A stretch of DNA of 64,000 bases, taken from contig OZ241832.1 of NCBI GenBank assembly GCA_965202585.1, positions 59,768,001 to 59,832,000 of the forward strand, given 5' to 3'. A program made the translations under genes and the position numbers. Origin of the DNA: Thalia democratica (Eukaryota). The notes under the pieces were generated by a model that searched no databases, had not been told where the DNA came from, and was given only the letters and a program-made list of their open reading frames with translations. This document shows, piece after piece, positions 51,201-61,300 of the stretch (positions are counted from its first letter, which is position 1; the number at the start of each line of letters is the position of its first letter).

Positions 51201-54200
51201 TCTTTTGATATGTAAAAGCAGTTTGCAAAAACTTGCGATTAGTAAATATGTAAATTACATTAGTTTCAAAACTATAAATTGTAATTTATTCTTAACTATT
51301 AATTTCTAGCATAACACAAAATGCTGGTAATTAAACACTGTTGATTGAGTTACAGTTTGTATAAAAAGTAAAAAGTAGGTTTTCAAGAATATCAAGTAAT
51401 ATTTGGTACTATAATATTAGTACTATAAATTTCAGTTGCTTGGTAAAATATGGCAAAGTACTAATAAGAGATACATTTATTGTACAAATTTTTTCATAGT
51501 TTTCATGTCTACCAGCTCACATAAAAACTATTCAATTGAGAAAATGAAAATAGAAATACTTAATTTGTAATCTAACAAATGTTTGAAAACAAAATAAAGC
51601 AAAAATTTTTCATAGTTTTTGTATGTTAATCAAAAAACTCACTAATTCTTGAGTAAACTTACAAACAAAAAATAATTTATTCAAATTTTTACTTATAATA
51701 TATATACATATATGTATTAATTCAAAAACTCACATAGTTCTCGAGTACTTGAATCTGTTGAAGTTGTAACATCCAGTTTTAAAGTAGCAAGTGTAGTTGC
51801 ATCTGTAAATAAATGTTATTGTATATATTGTAAGTATAAGTACGATTTATTTTAGTTGCATCTGTAAATGAATGTGATTCATACTTATTTGTTTGTATAT
51901 GTCATATCATACAAATTTACTGTGAGAATAAGTATTATTTATTGCAACTGTAAATGAATATTATTATACGTATATGATTATATGTATATGAATTTTATGT
52001 ATCTGATTATATGTATCTGATTATATGTATATGATTATATGAATAATATGTTTGTGTATAATATATATTGTAATTGAACCTGTAGCTCTGCTTTATCTTC
52101 TCCACTGCTTCATCAACCTTGCTGTTAAATTCTGCTGTCAAACTTGATATTTGTTCCAACAAGCATTCTCTGTATTCTTCCATTGTTTCATCGCTTACTT
52201 CTCCTGTAGATTACAAAAATGTTATAAGCTATTTTATGTCTGAAAATGTAACATTTAATTTATAAAACAATATTTTTTTTGATGCGTTTTTTTCAGACAT
52301 AAATATTATAAAAAAAAGTATGTATGTAAAGTATATAGGTCGTTAGTGAAAATTTAGTTTTGTAATATTCATTTATGTCAGGTAAGTTTTATTTTGGTTC
52401 AGAAATTAAAGTATTTATTAAAAGTTTTTCAATCAGTCTAATCAACACTTTGATTTAATAATATATATATATTAAAGTGTTGCTATAGTACTAACTGAAA
52501 AACTTAAATAAACATTTTTGAACAATTGTATGATAAAAAAAGTAGTGTAAGTTATGTCTCTGATACATTTGTACACACGTTATAAGTTCATTTGCAAATA
52601 TAGTGTGCAAATGAATGCACTTATTATCATATACTTCACAAGTCCTAATTTTTCAACAGAAATTTTCAAAAACCAATTGTTTACTTCTTTCAGCATTCCT
52701 CTAAGAAACTAATCATAAGAAAGTTGTTTTGTTTGCAAATATAATTTTATAATGTGTGGACTTTTAAATATAATATTTAAAAAACCTAACACTAACAAAT
52801 GTTAACAAACAAAAAAGCATTCAAAACGAACCAATAACTTCTTCCAGCATGCATCTAACAAATTCCACTCTCTTTTCAACTCCCTGCTTCAAACAATCCT
52901 CATATCTCAACTTGTACTTGGTGGCTCTCTCGTTTACCAAGCTGCTGTACTCAGCTATTCTCTCATTTCGTGTTTCCAAACACCTTTTGAAGCTGATAAG
53001 GAAAATAAAACTAAGAAAATGTTTGTTTAGGTGGTATTAAAAATAGTTGATGTATTTGTTTTAATCTATGTGTAAATGAAAATAAAAAATATCATGGCAC
53101 AATGTGTTTTTTGTTGTTGTGTTTATATTTTACACACTTGGTTTTATAAAATAGCAATTTTATTTTAAGTATTAATATTTATTTGATGTAAAAATAAATC
53201 TTTAAAATGTTTTATATTTATTTCTTTTGTAAAATAACAGAGACAAAAATTCAGCTGATTGCTTTGAAAGTTTTGTAACACATAATACATAATTAGTATA
53301 CAATATGATCACAAATCTGTACAAACTTTCCCATAAGCCTGTCATGGAAAGCGTTTATCCTTCCGATTGTGTTCATGACTTCCCTGTTGAAATCCTTTAC
53401 TGCTTTTTCTTTCTTTTCTTTCAAACTATCTGAGTATTCCTGCAATTTCGTCTGGTATTCTTCGCTATCTGCTTCTAATTCCCTGAATTAAATTGTTTAT
53501 TTAAGTCCAGAACACTTTGTTTGTTAAATTTCAGCACGTAGAAAAAATATTAACTAAAATGTTGATTGTAATTAAAGATAGTGTTTCTATTCTATTAAGA
53601 AAAAAAAAACATTTAGCTGTGTTATTTGTTATATATGTACTTAGTTTTATGATTAACGGATAAATTTCAAGTTTGTATAAGTTTGTTTGTATTTTCTTTG
53701 ATTTTACATAATAGTAACACATTAATTGCTTGGCTGATAACGTAAATGTTTTGTAACAACAAAGTATAGATTGTTAATTTTATGTAAATATTCATACTTG
53801 TTCAATGTCTCCTTGTAGTTATCCAAGTACTGCTGATGAATCTCATCAATTTTATCGGTGAACGGCTTCAGATGGGTTTCAAGCTCGGCTTCTATCTCGT
53901 CTCTCTTCAATTTGAGTTTGTCTTCGTATGCAGTTATGAAATCGTCCATGTTTGTAATCTCTGTTTCGACAAACAAGTTTTAAAATGATATTGAGAACTA
54001 GTTTTCATTTTTTAAAGTAACATTTACTTATGGTTCATCAAACTTTAGTTTATTTATCCCCACTATAAGGAGTTTTATTTTTTTAAATTGTAAAAAACAA
54101 AGGATAGCTTTGAATAAAAAATGCTGATGATAAAATTGTTATTGGCTCTTTTTCATTTTTATTTAATTTGAATGCATTTATTTTTCCTACCTTTTATAAC

Positions 54201-54945
54201 TTATAAAAATAGTTTTATATTGGCCAAGACAGAAAAATATTTGTTCTCTAAACATGCTAATCATCTAGTAATTAGCTCAGTTCTTTCAGGGAAAAATTTA
54301 GAATAAACCAAAATATCTTTTTTTCGTCGTAAACAACTTTTGGTAAAATATATCAAAACCTGGTGAGCAAGTGAGTTGGTTTCTAATGGGGAAATCAACG
54401 AGTTGTTTTCTGTAGTACTTTGCAGAATACCACTCAGGTTTAATTGGAAGGTTGTAGCAGTAGCAGCTTCCGTCAGGCACCACTCTGTTCACCCAGTTGG
54501 TTGTCAGTAGTGAACACTCACAAGCCTGTAAAAAATTAAGTTAAAAGATTTTTTTTTAAAAGTAGTTTTAAGGGTAAATTAAGCAATTAGTAGCTTGTGA
54601 AATATAAAATTAAACGATAGAAATAATACGTTTTCTGTGAAGTATTTAAGGTTGTTTAAAGTGATAAAAATTTTCTAAACACTTCTACAAGCATTTGGTT
54701 AGGTAAATATCTGATAATATTAATCGCCCATGCTTAACTAGTTTTCTAATCTAAAAAGTTATAAAATGAATATGCTTCAAATTACCACATAAACCTATAA
54801 ATTATTCAACACTTATTGTAAAACCTTATTGTAAAACCTTAGTAGTTTGTATTATGTGATTAAAGTATTATTCAAGTAAAATTAATTTCAAACTTACAAC
54901 AATGCAAGCAAGTAGTGCTGCTATCAATTTCATTTTAGTTATCAT
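48237..54945 (-). CDS. Uncharacterised secreted alpha-helical / coiled-coil protein with an internal two-fold repeat (13 exons, 589 aa)
   Basis: Exons 54945-54898, 54525-54360, 53960-53798, 53482-53327, 52992-52832, 52203-52080, 51802-51734, 51016-50907, 50625-50445, 50043-49882, 49436-49304, 49011-48883, 48404-48237. All GT-AG, all phases join into one 1770-nt frame. N-terminal signal peptide MKLIAALLACIVACEC. Confidence 0.88.
51010..51360 (-). repeat. Acceptor of exon 8 of the secreted gene plus two upstream copies
   Basis: aatcaacag|TGTAAAGTTA at the real site (51016), again near 51144-51175, and aatcaacag|TGTTTAATTACCAGCAT near 51321-51358. Confidence 0.85.
51795..51960 (-). repeat. Acceptor of exon 7 of the secreted gene plus two upstream copies
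   Basis: catt(t/c)atttacag|ATGCAACT at 51802 and near 51855-51875; ttcatttacag|TTGCAAT near 51941-51960. Confidence 0.8.
51968..52045. repeat. 14-bp minisatellite (TGATTATATGTAT[A/C]), about 5 copies
   Basis: Directly visible tandem units. Confidence 0.85.
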
Positions 54946-55365
54946 GTGTTTCTATCTTTAAAGTTATAATTCTAGTACCCCAACACCGATTACTTATATA
55001 CCAACTCGCCAGGCTAACCTCTTGTTAAAACAAAATTTTCAAGCATCACTTGAACATAAGAATTAACTTTTACCTTTCCGCATTTTATCAAAACAATATT
55101 TCGTGTGAACTTTTAATCAGTGTTGTTTCAATTGCAAAAAGATGAAAGATAATATTAGCATGGCGCGTTTGAACTAACACAGGTCATTTTCTCACTGAAA
55201 TGTTAATTATATGATCAAAGACGCGAGTGTTGCAATCATTGTCTGTTGATTGTGACGTAACAGGAGTTGAAAAAGTCAACATAACTTGCACTTGAGTGAT
55301 GCAAAAGGGCAGACGTTTTTGTTTTGTTTGTTTTAATAAGAGCTTGTTGTTATTGTGATTGTTTC
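54946..55365. promoter_or_regulatory. Probable bidirectional promoter between the secreted gene and the BRCA2-like gene
   Basis: Divergent start codons 420 bp apart; TGGCGCG next to TTTGAA (E2F/CDE-like plus CHR-like) at 55161-55173; TGACGTAA (CRE-like) at 55253-55260. Confidence 0.5.
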
Positions 55366-58300
55366 ATGATGGAAAAGACTTCTGAGTTGTTATTATTAAT
55401 TGTCGCCATTTAAATTTGTAATCACATAATTTTTTCTGGTGCAAAAGTTAAGTTAACATTTTTTACAAATTTCAACGTAATTTAGTCATTTGCTAAAGAT
55501 TCTTTTATTATTACAAGATTCTTAGTTTTGTTACCCCAACGCAACTTCTACTTTAAATCATTTTTGTCTCAAGACTGATTATACTAAATTCATTAACGTT
55601 TTCAAATAAGTCGCATAAATTATAAAACAATTTAAGCTTAAGAGTTTTCAAATAGTTTGCAACAATTTTAAAATTTTAATTGTTATCAACAGAAAACCCA
55701 ATGAAGACTCTTTGACGCAAGCGTACATGTCCATAATAGCAGACGAGGAGAAAGATAACAAGACACAAGAACACATGGACACACCGAATAACAAGTTCAA
55801 TATGAAACCTGTTAACAAATCCGTCAACATGAGAACACCGAGTCAAAACTACATGAGCGCCAGAACTCCGGTTAAGTTCGATCCATTCCAGCAAACTTCT
55901 TCACATATGCAGTCAAGTAGATACATGCAGCATTATACTCCTAATAATTTCAACATGCGAAATTCAACACCCAGAACTTGTAACATGCGTTATTCGACAC
56001 CCAGTAACTTTAGTAGGCTGAACTATACACAGAATGATTACCAGGCTCATCAGATGGTGCACCCTGCTTACAGGTTAGTATTTTCAATTAATTGAATACG
56101 TTTTAGAAAGTTACTTCATTAAGCCTCAGGGTCATAGTTTAAAAATGTTTAAACTGTTCTTTATTTTTGTTTTTATATCTATACCGTCACTTGATTAAGG
56201 ATTGGGGTTCTGTTTTCTAACTTTTTTTGCTTTTTAAATTCTTTATCTGCGTCTAAAAAAAGATAATCAAGCCAGAATACATATATAGTTTCTACTGAAA
56301 AACTAGTTATATAAGTTGATTTTCTATAGCTTATGCATTTTTCAAAAGGTTTTAAATTTACTTTTCATTTGCAGGCAATCAACTCCAATTAACCCGTACA
56401 ACAGAACTCCTCACTACAACAACAATTACCCGATACCCTCATTTCCCAACTCTAACATTTCCGCAATCTCTCACAACCCACATCAATACAACTTTCCCGC
56501 CATCAGAAACAGCACGCCCGTCTCAAAGTTCTCCCAAAACAAAACTCGCCCGCTCGCTTCCCGCCCTTTGAACTCGCCCTCAAAACACCACCATTTTGGC
56601 GGGAAAACCCGCAATTTTGGCGGAAAGTTTGACAGGATGTCTGACACACAGATGGATGTGGAGATACTGCAGAACCTTCCTCCCGACTTCTTGGAGGACC
56701 ACTCGCCCATTCCCAAGTCTCAGAAAAGGGAACTTCCCCTGTTTCAGGAAACCCCAGACACTTGCAAAGTTATTGTCATTTATTTTCATTATTAACATTT
56801 TTATAAGTATATTTATTTTAATGGCGTTAAAATAGTTTAGCATTTCAATATTATTAAGTATGGAGCTAACTAAAACTTGTTTAAAAAAAGTTACCAATTT
56901 AGTTCTTATATTTCATAAAACCTAAATATTGCCGAGTCTTAAGTTATAATTTTTTTTTATTTAAGTGTACTTTATACTGTAGTACCCGTAATGTAATATA
57001 ATAAATGGTATAAAAAGTGACTTAAGTTTTTTTTTTTAAATACCTCAAAGTTAAAGCAGTTTTGACTTAAAATGTTTATCATACCATTACTCTCAACAAC
57101 ATGTATCTTTTAAATCATTTAATAAAACTGATATTTTTCTAATTTACAAACAGACCAAGAAAGTTTCAAAGAAGCTGTTCACGGAACCCATACCCTTCAA
57201 CACATCCCAGGAAAATGATAATTCCCAGGAGATCATGGATCTGGATGAGGACATTTGCTCCGAACTTTGCTCCACGTTCAGTGTTGATCCAACTCAGAAA
57301 CCGGTGAAAAAACTCGATAAATCTCAGTTTGTTGCAGAGCCGCCAGTCGGTTTCAAAGTGGGTTTTCAAACTGCCAGCAACAAACCGCTCAAGTTCAGTG
57401 AGAAATCGATGGGTAAAGTGATGCATTTATTTGATGATAATGTTGGAACTGAAAAAAGTGAAAAACTTAATGATACCAGCAGTTTTAAGGCTACCAGTAA
57501 CAAATCTTTAAAATCTTCCTCAACTACAAAAACTGAAACCGATTCAGGTTATTCAACCAGTTTGAACAACACTACTGACTTCAAATCGTTCAACTGCGGT
57601 TTTAAGACTGCAAGCAACAAGAACATATCGATAAAAGAGGAGTCTTTGCTGAAAGCTAAGTCCTTGGTGCTAGAAGACAAACAAAGTGACGAAATAAAAC
57701 TTGAAGAAGATAAAATTGCTGGATTTACTTCTAGTAGCGGGTCTGGTTTTCAGACTGCGAGCAAGCAGAGCATTAAAGTTTCAGAGACTTCTTTGAAGAA
57801 AGCTCACTCTTTCATGCAAAGCTTGAAGGCAGATAACAGCAAGTCTAACACTGGTGTAAAAAGGAGAAAGAAAAATGAGTTCAAAGCGCCGCAGAGCATC
57901 AAAAACAAGTCTAAAAGTTTCGACAAATACCCGGCTGCTACTCCATTGAGCGCAAAAGTGAAATCTAGTATAAATTTGAAATGTTTGAGTGAAAGTAAAA
58001 GTTTTTGTGGGTTCAAAACTGCAAGTGACAAACCGTTGAAAATCTCACACTCGTCAATGAACAAAGTTAAGTCTTTGTTTGAGTTTGACAGTAAAGTCGA
58101 CATTAATGGCCAAAATAATAGTGTTGACTTTGCTAAGCCTGAAGAATGTTCAAAGGATCCTACAAAACAAGAAACAATTAGGTTCTCAAAAAGCAGAAAA
58201 GAAGTTTTAAATGAAACTAAACATAAAGCCTCAGCTTTTACTGTAAGTTGTTTGGTAAACATCTCAGAACAAAATATAAGCACGACTGTTTCCACATCAG

Positions 58301-61300
58301 AATTTTCTAAAAGCTCCAGCAACAGAACAATACAGGAAGAACTTGATTTGACTTTAAAAAATTCATCCAAGACAATAGAAAGTAATTACACCCAAGATTT
58401 CTTCAATTTAAGCGAGGATGCTTATAGCGAACTCTGTTCCACTTTTGTAGAGACTCCTAAAACACATGAAAAAATCAACACTTCGCAATTTAATAACAAA
58501 AACATTGAATTTGTTACAGAAAAACCTGAAGCCACTTCAAATCTCCTGCGAGAAAATCAGTATTTACGTAACAAAAACACTGAATTTATTGTAAAGGATC
58601 ATAAAGTGGCTTCCAAGCTGTTAGACGAAAATCAGCAGTTTGATAGTAAAAATACTGGCTTTGTTGGCTTTACAACGGCGAGCAAGAAGCCCTTGAAAGT
58701 GTCTGAGAAGTCTCTGGATAAAGTCAGAAAACTTTTTGACTTTGAAGACGATGTTAAAACAGATTCATTCCACAATTCATCATCTAAACCACTTGTAGAA
58801 TCCAAAACTGCTCAAAATGGCTGTAAAACAGTTGCCTGTGTTTCTGATTCATTTAGTGGCTCATTCAGTAAAACTGAAGATGTTTACAAAACAGTAACAA
58901 GTATTTGTGATAAAAATTTTACTTGCGGGTTTCAAACAGCCAGCAAGAAAGCAATTAAAATCAGCAAAGAGTCGATGAACAAAGCTAGTTTTATGCTGAA
59001 CGAACTAGCTAGTGGGCCTCCACCTGCTAAAAAGAAAAAGTCGAATCAGTTCAGGCCTCCCAAGCCCATCAAAGTAAAAACTTCCACGAGTGCTTCCAGC
59101 ACTTCTATTGATTCCGCGTTCTGTTCTACAAGTACTTTTGCCAGCTCAAACAGTTCTGCAACGAGCCATAACAGCAAAATTGCTTCAAAGTTGAAAACAT
59201 CTCCAAGCCCTGCCTCCATCTCAGTTGATTCTGCGTTCAGTCATAATAAAAAAGCGAGGACGTTGCCAGCGTTGAATTTCGATGCCTTGAGTTCCACTGG
59301 CTCAATTGAATCTTGTATGAAATATAATGAACAAGCTTACAGTACAAGTAATAGCAGTGGCAGTGGAAGTATGGTAGTCGGTTTTCAAACTGCAAGCAAA
59401 AAGCCGCTCACAATCAAAAAAGAATCTTACAAAAAATCCCTGCATATTTTCAAAAAAGATGTGAGCATTGAAGAGTCTTTCAAAAACGACAGCTTCGACG
59501 ATTCTTTCTGCAAGGCGCTCGTCGAGTTCTCTCAAAACCAGCAGAAGAAGCAGAGTGGTGTGGAAAGAAATATTACATCGAGCTACAAGAAAGTTCTGAC
59601 CGATTCTAAAGAGCTGCTACTGGTGGAAGACACTTCTGTGAATGGTACGGAAGAGTTTTTCGGGCTAAAAAGCGATTTGAACGTTTCGGTTTGTAGTAAG
59701 GGTGTGTCAGATGTTTGTGACACGATTTACGAACAGAAAGATAAAATGTTTGGTTCTAATAAAAATGCTGGAGAGAAAGTTTCCAAAGGCGAACTTGAAA
59801 AGATCAGAAAAAGTCAAGAAAACAATGATGTGGACGAAAGTTTCAATTCTTGCTTCGACGGTTCTGAAGAGTCGCTTTTGCCTCCTCCTTCTAAAATAAA
59901 AAGTAGTAAGAATAAAAAACGTAAAACACCTGGTAATAAAAATTGCAAAGTGTCTCTTGCAGCGTCTGAAAGTAACGAACCGTCTTTGAAACCTGAAGCC
60001 CAGATCAAAACTGTTTCGAGCCAGATTTCTAACGCCACCTTTGTGAGCGGTTTCGACTCTGAAAAATCCGATTATAAGAAACTGAACTCCAATCCACAAC
60101 TTGTACAAAGTTTAAATGAAAGTAATCTGAAGGAAACTGTTGGAAATTTAGCGGAAAACTCACTCAATTCTGAGAGGCTTGGTGAGTTTTTTGCAAAAGA
60201 TTCTTGCGCACTTTTTAACAGTTCGTACACTGAGTCATGTTCGCAACTTGGCAAGGAAGTCGAAGATCATCAAACTGGTGATGCGGAAAGCAAAAACGAC
60301 GAAAGTGCAGTTTTACCAAGAACAGTTGAGAAAAGTTCAAATAAAGAGGTTAGTTGTGCACAAAGTTCATTGAAAAATTCTTCAGAAAAACATGAAAGTA
60401 TTCAAACTAAGACTAAAGTAGGTTCCATTGAAAGTGTTGTTAAGGAGTCACCAAAAGTAAAAAGTTCTTTTATTAGTATTTTTGAAAAATCTGTCAAACA
60501 TATTTCATCCAGTGGTTCTAAATCAAAATCTGAAAAACTTGTTGGTTTTAAAACAGCAAGTAAAAAAGATATAGTTATATCTGAGAAAGCTTATAAAAAA
60601 GCAGGTAGTATTATGCAAGACGTACTTAAATCTGAAGATGTTATATATTCTGAGAGTACAGCAAAAACTGAAAAGAAAAGAATAATTAAAACTTCTCAAC
60701 TAGTTGAAAAAGACATTGAGAGCTCATCGGTTAAATGCAGTATTAAAAATGATAAAAGTAGTTTAAACACAGATGTTAGTAAAGAAAAAAACAAGGTCAA
60801 ATCTGAACCAAAACAATCTTTAGATACAAGTAGTCTGATGGAAACTGTAAAAAGTTTTCTTGAAAATTCTACTAACTCTCAAAAGCTCGATGAGTTCCTG
60901 ATAAATAATAGTTTTCAAGTATCTAAAAACAACTCAACATCTGAATGTTCTCACGAAGGTGATGAGTCTGCGAAGCCAGAGAGTGAGGAAAACTTGAGTG
61001 AAACCGTGGAAAAAACTTCAGAAAATTTGAACGAGCAAGTTGAAATTCCATGTAGCCAGAAAGAGTGTATGGTTTTAAACACTTATGATTCCGACTCTCA
61101 AATATTTATTCGCTCAGACAAAAGTAAAGATGGCAAGGTAGAATTGAAAGATAACAAAGATGTGGCTGCAGGAATACCAAAGTCTTCGGTGGAAGATTCC
61201 AGAGTTTTGACTGAAAACAACTTGTCTCAGTTATCACAAAAGTGTCAGTTGAAAACTGAACATGAAAATTGTGAAAAGAACTTTTCTGAAAACGTTGTTT

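Noticed and set aside
53798-54525. Olfactomedin-like N-terminus (GSCYC, ITAYEDKL)
   Set aside because: Similarity is short, and the spliced protein ends without an olfactomedin beta-propeller
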